Positions 26,971-41,206 of a stretch of DNA of 64,000 bases are shown here, piece after piece. This DNA comes from Eledone cirrhosa (lineage: Eukaryota): the NCBI GenBank assembly GCA_964016885.1, contig OZ024741.1, positions 322,462,001 to 322,526,000 on the forward strand, in the 5' to 3' direction. The translations under genes were made by a program, and so were the position numbers. How positions within the stretch are numbered: the stretch's first letter is position 1; every line of letters starts with the position of its first letter. The notes below the pieces were generated by a model. The model was not told the DNA's origin, ran no database searches, and saw only the letters and a program-made list of their open reading frames with translations.

Positions 26971-28131
26971 CTTAAAAACCTTGCATATAATATATCACTT
27001 AGAATTTCTAACCTTTCTTCTAACCAAGATGTATTTGATAAAAATGCGACCTTCTATAACGAAGCTCTAGATAGAAGTGGCCACAAAAATAGATTAGAAT
27101 ATATACCTTCTACTAAAAATACTAAAAGCATACAACCTAATATTACCAACAAACACCAAATGAAAAGTACACACCTAAATGCCACCCACACTATACCCCA
27201 AAATACCAAATCTTCTAATATAAAATATAGTAACTCTCAAAAAACTACTCATCATACAACTCTAATAAATATTAATAATAAAACTCCTAATAAAAACGAT
27301 AAAACACCTAAATCTACAAATATAACTAAAAATGGTTGTGGTGAGATCATTAACATTAATCCTCCTAGTAAACATCACGATACAACCTATAAAAATAATA
27401 AAAATAATAAACAACATAAAAACCGTAATAGACGGGTTACTTGGTATAATGCTCCATTTAATTTACAAATTAAGGATAATATTGCTAAAAATTTTTTTTA
27501 TATCCTAGAGAAAAACTTCCCGCCAAACCACAAATACCATCAAATCTTAAATAGGTCTACAGTTAAATTCTCATACTCAACAACAAATAACATAAAACAA
27601 AATATAAGTGCCTATAATGCATATAAATGTAAGAAAACCATAAGTATACCACCAATACATCAAATTAACCATAATATCTCCTCAAATACAGAATTAACGA
27701 AAGGTTGTAACTGTAGAAACAAAGCAAACTGCCCATTAAAAGGGAATTGTCTTGTTAACAACATAGTCTATAAATGTAATGTTAAAACTAAAGATTCTAT
27801 TTGCTCATATATAGGAGCTACTTCTAACAATTTTAAGACAAGGTTTAATACCCACAAGCATAGTTTTAAAAATGCCGCACTGGCTAATACAACATCTCTA
27901 GCAGAAAAAATCAATAGTTATAAAAATAAGAATATAGAATATGATTTGACCTGGAGTGTGCTCAAAAGAGCCACCCCTTATCAAAATAATAGAAATGAAT
28001 GTAGATTATGTTCCCAAGAACTATTTGAAATAATGAAATCTAAGGATATCCTATTAAATAAACGACAGGAATTAATTATATCGTGTAATCATAAACTAAA
28101 AAAAACATTTAAATATTATAAACCTAATTAA
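26971..28131 (+). CDS. PLE ORF C-terminal part (RT thumb end, N/K/T-rich linker, GIY-YIG endonuclease); no native start
   Basis: Open from the junction: LKNLAYNISLRISNLSSNQDVF...YNEALDRSGH; VTWYNAPF, FPPNHKYHQILNRSTVKFSYS, CNCRNKANCPLKGNC, IVY...YIG, CRLCSQE, LLNKRQELIISCNH. Confidence 0.88.
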   Translation, partial: LKNLAYNISLRISNLSSNQDVFDKNATFYNEALDRSGHKNRLEYIPSTKNTKSIQPNITNKHQMKSTHLNATHTIPQNTKSSNIKYSNSQKTTHHTTLININNKTPNKNDKTPKSTNITKNGCGEIININPPSKHHDTTYKNNKNNKQHKNRNRRVTWYNAPFNLQIKDNIAKNFFYILEKNFPPNHKYHQILNRSTVKFSYSTTNNIKQNISAYNAYKCKKTISIPPIHQINHNISSNTELTKGCNCRNKANCPLKGNCLVNNIVYKCNVKTKDSICSYIGATSNNFKTRFNTHKHSFKNAALANTTSLAEKINSYKNKNIEYDLTWSVLKRATPYQNNRNECRLCSQELFEIMKSKDILLNKRQELIISCNHKLKKTFKYYKPN

Positions 28132-28635
28132 TAACATTATTTTAGAAATTAATATATAATTTAATTTAAATGTTAGTTAACCTATAAATTTAATTTAATT
28201 AAAATTCTACTACAGATGAGAATATAAAATATTGTGTAATCATAAATTGTGAAAAACCTTTAAATATTACTAATATATACTTAGTAATTTAATTTATAGA
28301 TTAATTTTAATTTATTTAACCCTTTATTAAAATTCCTTTACAGATAAAATATAACAAAATATCGTGTATCCAATGACAGAGAAATAATTTTTAGTATTAT
28401 AGACCTAATTAATATACATTTTAGAAATATATTTATAATTTGGTTTTAAATTTAGTCAACCTAAAAATTTAATTTAATTGGCTTAAAATTAGTATCCTAA
28501 TACAGACGGATTGCAGAGTGTCATGTAATCATAGAATGGGATGTGTTTTGGATGTATACCTAGTTAATATATTCTTTGCAATTTTTGAAAAAAAATATGT
28601 ATATGTATGTATGTATATGTATGTGTATGTATGTA

Positions 28636-28666
<31 letters not shown>

Positions 28667-29060
28667 GTGTATGTATATGTATATGTATATGTATTAATTT
28701 TGATTTCTATTTGCATATAATTATATTCTGCTATTGATAAAATACAATATCTGTTTTATTTATTATATACCTAATTAACATATACTATAGAAATTAATAT
28801 ATAATTTTTAATTTAGTTAACCTATAATTTATATTCTACTACCGATGTAATACTTTATTTGTTTTTTCCCTATTACTAAATTCATTTCCTAATATTGATA
28901 CCATAACGTTAATAACTTTAATTTAGTTATACTATAATTAATACTCTACTACTATTTAACTTCAAAATTCTGCTTCAAATATTATAAACCTAACTAATTT
29001 ACACCTTAGAAATCAATATGTTAACTATCTTTAGTTTAGTTAACATATAATTAATGGTAT
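28083..29060 (+). repeat. Degenerate ~140-bp tandem repeat derived from the PLE ORF end
   Basis: tgtaatcata...tattataaacctaattaa...ttagaaattaatat...gttaacctata...ctacagat recurs near 28083, 28233, 28363, 28523, 28760 and 28975. Confidence 0.7.
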
Positions 29061-29655
29061 ACTTATTTTGAAATGCATAATTTTGCCTTATTTCTTGCAT
29101 TTCCTAACACTGAAACTATGTAAAAACATATATTGAGATCCAAATACAGATTAATATTCTATATTTCTTGAAACATATATTTACTATAATCCCCTTCTCC
29201 ACCCCCCCCCCCTTTCCCCCATACTATTATCATCTGTGTTTGTAAGCGTGTATGTATGAATATATATGTAGGTAGGTGTATATATGTTTGGGTGTTTATA
29301 TCTGAGTATAAAAATACATATATGCGCATGCAAATAAGAATGTATGATTGTGTGTATATATATATGTATATATATATATGTGTATATATGCATGTGTATA
29401 TATATGTGTATATATATATATATATATATGTGTATATGTATATGTGTGTGGGCGTGTATGTGTGTGTATATATATATATGTGTATGTATGTATGTGTATG
29501 TATATATGTGTATGTATATGTATGTCTCTCTATATATATGTCTATCTTCGTATCTATGTGGGTATATGTGTGTATGTACATGTATGCACATGTATATGTT
29601 TATGTGTATATGTGTGTATGTGTATATATGTACGTGTGCGCACATATATATGTGA

Positions 29656-29689
<34 letters not shown>

Positions 29690-30256
29690 GTATATCTATG
29701 TGTGTATATATATATATTCGTATGTGTATATATATATATTATTTATTATTATAATATAACTTATGTGTATATGTATATATGTGAAGGTGTGTATATGTAT
29801 ATATATGTATATATATGTGTAAAAATATATATGTGTATGTGTGTTTTTGTGTGTGTGTATATATATGTATATATGTGTGTATGTATGTGTTTGTATGTGT
29901 GTTTATGGTTGTATGTGTATATATATATATATATATGTGTGTATATGTATCTCTATTAATGTGTGTATATATGTATATGTATATACCTTTTTCTTTGTAT
30001 GTCTGAGTTGTGTGAGAGTGTAGTGGTGTTTGTATGTATATACGCATATATGGATGCGTATGTATTTGTATATATGCGTATATGTAAGTGCGTATGTGTG
30101 TATGAATATATATCTATGTCTATGTATGAGTATGTATGTGTGTGTATGTATGTGTGTGTGTATGTATGTATGTGTGTATGTGTGTATATATATATATATA
30201 TATGTGTGTATATGTATGTATGTGTATGTATGTACATATATGTGTATGTATATGTG

Positions 30257-30288
<32 letters not shown>

Positions 30289-30373
30289 TGTTTATTTTTT
30301 ATATATATGTGTGTGTGTGTATGTGTGTGTACATGTATGTATGTGTATGTATATATGCGTGTATATATGTATG

Positions 30374-30409
<36 letters not shown>

Positions 30410-30774
30410 TGTATATGTATCTCTATTTGTATGTGTATATGTGTATATGTATATACCTTTTTCTTTGTATGTCTGAGTTGTGTGAGAGTGTAGTGGTGTT
30501 TGTATGTATATACCGATATATGGATGCGTAAGTATTTGTATATATGCGTATATATAAGTACGTATGTGTGGGTGAATATATATCTATGTCTATGTATGAG
30601 TATGTATGTGTGTGTATGTATGTGTGTATGTGTGTATGTATATATGTATGTCTATATGTATATGTGTGTATATATATGTATGTATGTGTATGTCTGTATG
30701 TATATAAGTATGTATATGTGCGTGTATGTGTATATATATGTGTGTCTATATATGTGTGTGTGTATATATGTGTA

Positions 30775-30817
<43 letters not shown>

Positions 30818-30894
30818 ATATGTGTGTATGTATATATATGTATATGTTTATATATGTGAGTGTGTGTGTGTTGTATGTGTAGATGAGTGTATAT

Positions 30895-30959
<65 letters not shown>

Positions 30960-31569
30960 CTTGATATATTTCTTTTTTCTTTTTTCTTTTTCTTTTCTTT
31001 TCTTTTTATTTCTAAGTTTATAGATACATCTATAAATAAGCAGTCTGCCCAAACAGTTGAATACTGACCTCTCCCCCCCTCCCACCTAATTTCTGTATCT
31101 TGATCTAAATGTGTGTGGCAGTGTTTATGTGAGTGAATTAATATCCATGTGCGTATGATAATATTATATCCACATATATATGTGTGTGAGGGTGTGTGTG
31201 TGTATGTATGTTCGTAATTATGTGTATGTTTATGCATATACGCGCGCGTGTGTGTGAGTGTACGGATATGTGTGAGTATGAGAATATGTGTATACACTTA
31301 TTTCATATTTATGTGTCTATACGCATTTTATCTGTGGATTATAAGCTTACAGAGACATTAGCCTTGAATTTTTGTATTTGCATACATCTTTTTGGCATGC
31401 GTATGCATGTTGAGCATATATCTTTGTATAAATATGTGTACGGGGTTAGTTACATGTATATACACACACCAAACTGCATAAAACTTTTTGTATTTTCATT
31501 GGTCAATTTTGAACTCCGTTCCCAAACGGACCTGAAATTTTGAATTGTTGTTATTATCAATAAATATAT

Positions 31570-31723
31570 TTCATTATTTCTGAAGACGGCGTATAGATGT
31601 GTTGGTATGTATATTTAATCTTGATAGTTTGTATAATTTTGTATAATTTTGTACATAGATCTGTTGAATATGCATGCCAATTCTAACACATATATATCCT
31701 AGAAACGATCGTTAAATAATGAA
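31570..31723 (+). ncRNA. Hammerhead ribozyme motif, type I, extended stem II
   Basis: Stem I ttcattattt/aaataatgaa; CTGAAGA 31580-31586; GAAAC 31702-31706; palindromic stem III aacgatcgtt. Inverted copy at ~26583-26737. Confidence 0.75.
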
Positions 31724-31783
31724 CTTTTTTTGTTTAATATAAGGAACTGTTTCATTGTTTTATTCATTATTTGTTTAATATTT

Positions 31784-31901
<118 letters not shown>

Positions 31902-31982
31902 TAATAAGGTGGTAATGAATTACTGACCTTTCCTGTTTATAATTATATATAGTGTATGTATAAGTATAAATATTATTATTAT

Positions 31983-32165
31983 GTGGATTGGCAGTATCGG
32001 TAGAGGGTCAGACGACATGCTTTGATGCGTAGAGTTACGGCCCTTGCCATTCTGAGTTCAAATCCCGCCGAGGTTAACTTTGCCTTTCATCCTTACGGGG
32101 TCGATAAAATAAAGTACCAGTAATGCACTGGGTAATTGTGGCCTTGTGCCAAAAGTAGAAACAAT
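31983..32165 (+). mobile_element. SINE family A copy
   Basis: Near-consensus copy. Others at ~10035-10142(+), 42640-42785(-), 45428-45640(-), 50013-50200(+), 54950-55165(-), 56203-56370(-), 60128-60335(-), 60487-60598(-) and 61003-61145(-). Confidence 0.9.
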
Positions 32166-33146
32166 TATTATTATTATTATAATATATATATATATATTTA
32201 TATATCATATCATTATTTGTTTGTAAGGGAAAATATGAAAATAAATAATCTTAAAAGTAGTGTCTGACAAATCATAGAATAAACGAAGCCGGTATGGAAG
32301 GATATTATATAGATATTTAATGAAATCCACAAAGCAGGAAAGACGGTAAAGGTTTCAAAGAGAAATGTTTAGAAAATTCGTTTTAAAAAAATGGTAGTTT
32401 ATTTTGTCAACCCCCGGAAGGATGATAGGGAGACCCGAGCAACATTTGAACTGAAGGATCTATTAAGTGCCGTTATGCAATGTGAAGCTGAGAGGATATG
32501 GCGGAGGTGATACATTTTTCAGTATTTCCGTTATTAGAAACTTGGCTTATTTTCATTAGCCATTATATTTTGATTATCTATGAAAAAAAAAATGTTCGCT
32601 ATATTATGTTTACTGGCGGTAGAGATACGTATATATTTTGATTTTCGTATAGTTACTAAAAGTGATATTGTGAGAAATCGAGAGGTTTTCAAGGAAACTG
32701 ACTTCCAGTTTCAAAGTAAGGCTAAATGTCAAGGGGGAAGGAGATGATGTATATTTGGCTTTATTTGTACAACATCCACGAGCGTATCTATGAATATCTG
32801 TCAGTCCGTCTTTCTCTTTCTTTCTCTCTCTCTTTATACACACACACACACATAATTTTTTGCATGGATTTACACATACTGAATTCATTTGCCAAAATCT
32901 GTGGATTTTCCCCTGTGAGTTACGCATGTGCTTTTACAAAACACTGTGTCATCCACAACATTGGCGCAGAACAAAATACCTGTTGATAACGTGATATTCC
33001 TCGTTCGATCATTATACCAAAAGCTTATTGTTTTAAGCAGACAGTATTATTGATTTAGGTGTCACAGAAACCCTGTACTGGATTTTACCATCAATTCCAA
33101 GGGTCCAGGTTTGTTATATATATATATGTATATGTATATATATTTA

Positions 33147-33218
<72 letters not shown>

Positions 33219-33435
33219 TATGTCATTTATTTTGTCTGACCTGTTTAGCTTGACTCGTTTCTTTTTTTGGCTTAGGTGGTTTCTGGCTTCTTGACCGCCT
33301 TCTCAGTGTTGTATGACCTTTAAAGCGTATGTTTATTGCTCTGGTCTTTTTTAGCCCATGGAGCGCTTGCCAGCATGATTTGGAATTTGCGTTACGGTTG
33401 GCTTTTTCTACCCGCCGAAATGCGATTCTCGCTGA

Positions 33436-33548
<113 letters not shown>

Positions 33549-33723
33549 CAAACAGAAGAAGAAGAAGAAGAAGAAGAAGAAGAAGGTAGAATGTAGAAGA
33601 AGCACAGCTCGCTTTGGAAGCTCTAGCCGTGGGTCTGTGGCTAGAGCTTCCTTCGGCATCGCTGTGCGTAAAGCCCAGCTCGTGGATAAAATGAGACAGG
33701 GAGAGAGAGAGAGAGTGAGAGAG

Positions 33724-33767
<44 letters not shown>

Positions 33768-34185
33768 TGTGTGTGTGTGTGTGAGAGAGAAAGAGAGCGC
33801 GAGAGAGGGAGAGAGATGACGAAAATCTATTGCTTATCAAAGAAAAGGAAAGGAAAGGAGCCGATCCTAAGATCGAACCTAAGAAGCAATGCTTCTATTG
33901 GTCTTCTTTACTGGTACTATCCGCCAATCGCAATGTGAAACATGTATTTACCCAACGTCAGAATAGAGGTAAAATCTTGGGTAGAGAGAATACAACGGAG
34001 AGAAGACAGATATATTGATTGTTTGATGGTTGAATGAGAAAAATAACCCAAAGTGTTCAGATGAAATAATACTAAGCAGACAGGATATATGTGAATGTGT
34101 ATAAGGTGAGGTATTTAATAGTTAATGTTAAAATATACAATACGAATGATTAAGTAATAAGATGTATTCTAGTATGTAGGAATTG

Positions 34186-34330
34186 TTGGTTGAAACGAAA
34201 TCTGTGGATGAAATTAACAGGGACGGAAATGATATTAGACTTATTTGGTGTATATTTCTCTCTCTCGCTCCCTCTCTCATATATATGTATGAGAGTGTGT
34301 GTGTGTGGGTGTGGGTGTGAGAGAGAGAGG

Positions 34331-34391
<61 letters not shown>

Positions 34392-34476
34392 AGAGAGAGA
34401 GAGAGAGACATACACCAAATAAGTCTAATATCATTTCCGTCCCTGTTACTTTTATCCACAGGTCTCGTTTCAACCA
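34186..34476. repeat. ~80-bp inverted repeat around (GA)n
   Basis: ttggttgaaacg...cagggacggaaatgatattagacttatttggtgtat / atacaccaaataagtctaatatcatttccgtccctg...cgtttcaaccaa. Confidence 0.9.
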
Positions 34477-35409
34477 ATATATATGTCTATTTTTCAATAT
34501 ATATGTCTATTTTTCAACCATATATATGTCTATTTTATATATATATATATATATATATGAAAATGTTCAAGACCCCGATGCCAGAGCTCAAGCCGTTTCA
34601 GGGTCTTGAACATTTTCCTATTACCCTCTCTACTACCCTAGTATTGAGTATTCTGGTGCGTCATTGTCCATCTCTTTCCTTACCACACTTCCTTCGTTAT
34701 ATATATATATATATATATATATATTTAATACATTAACAGAGAAAGCTATAAGCGATACTCTGACCAACTCCATCAAACTCAACAAACATTAGGATATACC
34801 TAAGTATTATCCCAATTAAGTGTTTGGGGTGCTAACTAATCAGTATTCCGTGGAAAGTTGGTTGTATTATTTTATATGAGACATAATTAAATAAATCTCT
34901 CTTTCCTTCCATACGATCGTTTCGTTATCAGATTTCTACAATTTGGGATAAATAATGTCCAAGTTATGTAGAAACTTGTATATAATCCATAGATATACAC
35001 ACAAGCGGGTCCTTATAACTAATAAGTGGATGCCCATGCAATATCGATATAAAAAACTACATCGATATGAATAATCAGTGATGGTCTCAGTCAGTGCTAG
35101 AAGGACAGCTAAATCTGAAAAGCCAGTAGTCCTTCAAAGAGAAAGAGGTAGAGAGGTAAAGAGAAAGGGAGAGAGAGAGAGATGGGGGGACCTCATTGGG
35201 GGTGCCGCTAATAAGAAGAGTAAACAGTGAATATTTAATAGCACATGCCTAAATCCATCAGTACCAGGAGATGGCTAGAAGTAGTTGTAGAGAATATCGA
35301 TCTAATGCTAGATATAGATTATTGATACGGTCAGTCAATGTAAGAAACACATCCAAGAAAATACAGCAGATAGGGAGAAATACAAACAAATCGTCTTTAA
35401 AATGTCTTG

Positions 35410-36240
35410 GGTTTGGTGGGGTGGCGTAGGTGGATGATACGGAAGGTGGGGTGTGGTCGTAGTGGTGGCGGTAGTGGTGGAGGTAGTGGTGCAGGTAGTG
35501 GTGGCAGGGGGTGGAGGTAGTGGTAGTGGTTTTGGTAGGGTGGTGGTAGGGCTGGAGGTAGTGGTAGGGTGGTGGTGGAGGTAGTGGTGGCGATAGGGGT
35601 GGTGGTGGTGGTAGGGGTGGAGGTAGTGGTGGTGGTGGTAGGGTGCTGATGGTAGGAGTGGTGGTGGAGTGTTGTGATAAGAGTGGAGGTAGTGGTGGGG
35701 GTAGTGATGGAGGGTCGTGGTAGAGATTGAGGGTGGTGGAGTGTGGTGGTGGTGGCGTGTTGTAATAAGGGTGGAGGATAGTGGTGGTGGAGGATGGTGG
35801 TGGTAGTGGTTGAGGTAGTGGTGTTGGTAGTGTTGGTAGTGGTGGTATGTGTGGAGTGTGGTGGTAGTAGTGGAGGGTAGTGGTGGATGTGGAGTGTGGT
35901 GGTAGGTAGAGATGGCGGGTAGTGGTGGTGTATGTGGAGGTGATAGAGATGGAGGCCAGTAGTGGATGATGATGATGATGATGATGTTGACGATGATACT
36001 GATGATGATGATGATGATAATGAGAAGTCTTATGCTATTGATGATGATGCTGCTGCTGCTGATGATGATGTGATGGCGACGATGGTGATGATTATGATGA
36101 CGACGATGGTGGTGGAGGTGGTGATGATAGAGATATAGGCTAGTAGTTGATGATGATGATGATGATGATGATGTGATGACGATGATGGTGATGATGATGA
36201 TGATGTGTTGGAGGAGGAGGAGGAGGAGGAGGAGGAGATT
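35410..36240 (+). repeat. GGT/GAT/GAG-rich low-complexity tract
   Basis: Direct reading. Confidence 0.9.
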
Positions 36241-38059
36241 GTGTGCCAAGAGTGATTTGCTGTTCAGGCGTTGGATTGACTGGAGTTCAGTTGGACATAG
36301 AAGTTAGCAAGTCAAAAATCAATAAAAAATATGCGTGTATCTACATGTATGTAAGTATGTATGTATGTATGTATGTATGTATGTATGTATGTATGTATGT
36401 ATGTATGTATGTATGTATGCATGTATGTATGTATGTATGTATGTATGTATGTATGTATGTATGTATGTATGTATGCATGTACGTATGTATGTATGTATGT
36501 ATGTATGTATGTATGTATGTATGCATGTATGTATATGCATGTGTCTATGCATGTGTGTATGTATATGTAAGTATGTAGGTATGTATATGTACGTATGTAT
36601 ATATGTATGTATATATGTATGTATATATGTATGCATGTGTGTATGTATGTGTGTATGTATGCATGTATGCATTATGTATGTATGTATATATATGTATGTA
36701 TATATGTATGTATATATATGTATATATGTATGTATGTAGGTATGTGTGCAGATTGTATGAGTGTATCTGCAGGCAGGGTGTATTCCTGGCTGGGTATGCA
36801 GGGCCTTATGCTGGCCCTGCAATATTCACCCTCTTTTTCCAGTTATGCTTTCCATTCTCCCCCCACAAAAGTTAATTTGGCAGCAGAATGACAAACCCAG
36901 TTTTTTTACACTAAAAACTTTCTAAACCTGCATTTTTCACTACACAGCACACACACCCACGCCAAATCATACGAACCTTTCTCTTACTTTGGATATTTCC
37001 GCAACACTGCTATGCGGCAATGGTGTCTAAGGATTTATTTATTGATCGCAGGAAATTATTATATATTTAAGTTATATATACATATATACAAATTTGTATT
37101 AAACTGTGATGCTTTAAGGTAGAGTAATGCAGCTGTCTGATATTTGCGCCTTAGGCAGATGTCTGGTCGGCCCTAATGTTAGTGCCGGTCGTGTCTATGT
37201 GCGTGTTTAGAAATCGAACTGTGTTGTATGTAAATGAAACCATATTGACAAATATATTGTCTATAATTGTCCAAAGAGTGTGGTATTCTCTCAATTAAAC
37301 GATAATAAACTTTGAATTAGTTTGTCAAAAACAAAAGATACCCAGAGAAATAATTCCCCTTCCCTTTCTTGACAGGAATTAACCATTGCATTAATAATTT
37401 CTTTTCATTATGTAATGAGTTGTAAATTTAATTGATTGGTGTTTCTTGGCTTATTACATTATATATGTTTGCGCTTACTTTACTATTATTTCTTGTAGCT
37501 GGCATAGTATAATGTTAAAGGCAGACATTCTTGCCTATATAATATAACATCCCATATCATATATTACAACCTAAAACATACACCTAGATAATATCTATTA
37601 CAACAACCATCTTGTAATAGCAGAAACACGTCAGGCAGCTTGTAAAAAGTCAGTTGTGGTATGTAAATCTCAATCTGGTGTTATTGAGAGAAATTATAGG
37701 GGACTCACCGCAAATACCTTTAAGATCTGACATTACATTAATTATACTAGTTCACATCCAGGGACAAGAAGTCTACCCTTTTGTCACAATTCATTTGAAG
37801 ACTCAAGGACCGTAAATTGACACCTACTCAAACATAAAACATGACGGATAAACATATAACAACGGAACATTGCAGATATTCCATAACCTAAAGCGGTCAA
37901 CGATTTTGCTAAATGGTTGATATCGTCCAATTGCCGTCAATGGAGGCAATTTATCCCAGACAAGCACAACCCATAGCAAACCAAGGTACTATAAGCGGTG
38001 CAGAACAGCTGTCAGATAACAAAGTTTGAATTAGTTAGTCTAATAACCAACAGACCAGT

Positions 38060-39130
38060 CGTGGTGGTGGTGGTGATAATGGTGCTGATGGTGGTGGTGG
38101 TGGTGATGATGGTGATGATGGTGGTGGTGGTGGTAGTCGTGGTGGTGGTTGTGGTGGTGGTGGTGGTGGTGATGATGGTGATGATGGTGGTGGTGGTGGT
38201 GGTGGTGGTGGTGGTGGTGGTGGTGGTGGTCGTGGTAGTCGTGGTGGTGGTGGTGGTGGTAGTGGTGGTGGCGGTGGCGGTGGTGGTGGTACTGGTTGTG
38301 GTGGTAGTGGTAGTGGTGTTGATGATGGTGGTGTTGGTGGTAGTGTTGATGATGGTGGTGGTGGTCTTGATCGTGGTAGTGGTGGTGTTGATGATGGTGG
38401 TGGTGGTGTTGATGGTGGTGTTGATGATGGTAGTGGTGGTGGTGGTGTTGATGATGATGGTGGTGGTGGTGTTGATGATGATGGTGGTGGTGTTGATGGT
38501 GGTGGTGGTGGTGGTGGTTGTGTTGATGATGGTGGTGGTGGTGGTGGTGTTGATGATGATGGTGGTGGTGTTGATGATGATGGTGGTGGTGGTGGTGTTG
38601 ATGATGATGGTGATGCTGGTGGTGGTGGTGGTGGTTGTGTTGATGATGATGGTGGTGGTGTTGATGGTGGTGGTGGTGGTTGTGTTGATGATAATGGTGG
38701 TGGTGGTGGTGTTGATGATGATGATGGTGGTGGTGGTGGTGTTGATGATGATGGTGATGCTGGTGGTGGTGGTGGTGGTTGTGTTGATGATGATGGTGGT
38801 GGTGTTGATGGTGGTGGTGGTGGTTGTGTTGATGATAATGGTGGTGGTGGTGTTGATGGTGGTGGTGGTGGTGGTGGTGGTGTTGATGATGATGGTGGTG
38901 GTGGTGTTGATGGTGGTGGTGGTGGTGGTGGTTGTGTTGATGATGATGGCGGTGGTGTTGATGGTGGTGGTGGTGGTGGTGGTGGTGTTGATGATGATGG
39001 CGGTGGTGTTGATGGTGGTGGTGGTGGTTGTGTTGATGATGGTGGTGGTGGTGGTTGTGTTGATGATGATGGCGGTGGTGTTGATGGTGGTGGTGGTGGT
39101 GGTGGTGGTGTTGATGATGGTGGTAGTGAT
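38060..39130 (+). repeat. (GGT)n/(GAT)n compound trinucleotide array
   Basis: Direct reading; explains the poly-V/M and poly-T/P ORFs. Confidence 0.95.
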
Positions 39131-40235
39131 GTCGCCATAAGCTAATATTGGTTCAACAGTCAAATTCAGAGCCAGAGCTAACTCCGCCACCGCCTGTTTT
39201 GCTTCAATACCATCACACACACTTACACACACATATATACACACACACACACACATATACACACTCACATACCCACACAAACACAAACATACACACATAT
39301 ATTCACACACACATTCACAAACATAAACACACCCACAAATGCACTCACCACACATACACAAACACACGCACACACACACGCACACACACACGCATGCACA
39401 TTCACACAAACATATACACACACACACGCTCACACACATCCACAGACATACACATATTAACACACATACACACACTCAAACATATAAACACATATATTTC
39501 CACACATACATACACACATATACACACGTGCACACATGTACACATACATGGGCACACAGTCATACACACACATATGAACACACATGTATATACACACAGT
39601 CATACACGCACACATGTACACATACACATTCACACGCACTCGTGCAGATATATATTTGCTTTAGGGCGTATATGCGTGTATATGTGTGTGTGTGTATGTG
39701 TGTGTATATGTGTGTGCGTATGCGCGCGTATGTGTATGTGTATGTATGTGTGTGCATGTGTGTGCATGCGTGCGTGCGCGTGTTTGTCTGTGTATGTGTG
39801 TGTGTGTGTATGTGTGTGTCTGTGTGCATGCGTATGCGTGCGCGTGTGTCTGTGTATGTGTGTGTGCGTGTGTATGTGTGTGCGTGTGTGCGTGTGTGTG
39901 CGTGTGTGTGTGTATGTGTGTGTGTGTATGTGTGTGTGTGTGCATGCGTGTGCGCGCGCGTGTGTCTGTGTATGTGTGTGTGTGCATGTGTGTGCGTGTG
40001 CGTGCGTGTGTGTGCGTGTGTATGTGTGTGTGTGTGCGTGTGTGTACGTGTGTGTGTGTGTGCGCCAGAGCATGTGGGTATGCGACTGCACGTCCCTTTA
40101 TAAACGTGTGTGAATGTATATGATTTCGCATTTGTGTATGTTTGTGTACGCATATATGCATGAGTGTGTGCATGTGTGTGCTTCAGTATGTGTATGCGAA
40201 GAAACTTGCTATGGTAATTTATATCTATCCTTCTA

Positions 40236-40274
<39 letters not shown>

Positions 40275-40340
40275 CATACATATGCATATATGTATGCATG
40301 TATATATATATATATGTGTGTGTGTGCGTACGTGTGTGTG

Positions 40341-40373
<33 letters not shown>

Positions 40374-40401
40374 ATATATATATATATGTATTTATATATA
40401 T

Positions 40402-40453
<52 letters not shown>

Positions 40454-40466
40454 ATATACATGTATT

Positions 40467-40543
<77 letters not shown>

Positions 40544-40647
40544 GTACATATATATATATATATATATAAATACATGTATATATATATACATGTATATATA
40601 TATATATATACATATAAATATACATGTATATATATATATATATACAC

Positions 40648-40684
<37 letters not shown>

Positions 40685-40709
40685 CATATATTCATATAAT
40701 GTATATATG

Positions 40710-40740
<31 letters not shown>

Positions 40741-40986
40741 TCATATAATGTATATATGTGTGTGTATATGTATATGGGATGGAGATAGATAATATGTGAA
40801 TATGTGTGTTAGAAACGTGCAAAGCACTGCAAGGCCTCTGTGCGTCGTGTATATAGTGAAGTGTATATAGTGAAGTGTATATAGTGAAGTGTATAGGTAA
40901 ATCTAAACGGAAATACACCCCCCCCCCCCTACACATATATACAAACAAATATATTATATACATACATATGCACACACGCATGTATA

Positions 40987-41030
<44 letters not shown>

Positions 41031-41106
41031 TGTTTATGAGGGTGTAACAAGCCATAAAAACATGCCGCCGCCGCCGCCAGCCTCCCCTGGTTGTGGCGGC
41101 ATTGAT

Positions 41107-41136
41107 CACGTGTTACTATAGCAACCAATGACGTCA
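41107..41136. promoter_or_regulatory. Candidate cis-regulatory cluster: E-box, RFX X-box, CCAAT, CRE
   Basis: CACGTG 41107-41112, GTTACTATAGCAAC 41112-41125, CCAAT 41125-41129, TGACGTCA 41129-41136. Confidence 0.5.
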
Positions 41137-41206
41137 AGCATCATTCAGCAGAGAATGCAATATTGTCCGACTGCATTCAATTTTCATTTCTTCTCAGACC
41201 CCCCCT

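Noticed and set aside
26971-28131. Selenocysteine recoding, as reported for some Naiad PLEs
   Set aside because: Neither GIY-YIG ORF has an internal in-frame TGA, and I identified no SECIS.
36770-36900. Possible HDV-like ribozyme
   Set aside because: A hairpin (tgcagggcc/ggccctgca) is present, but I could not build the nested double pseudoknot.
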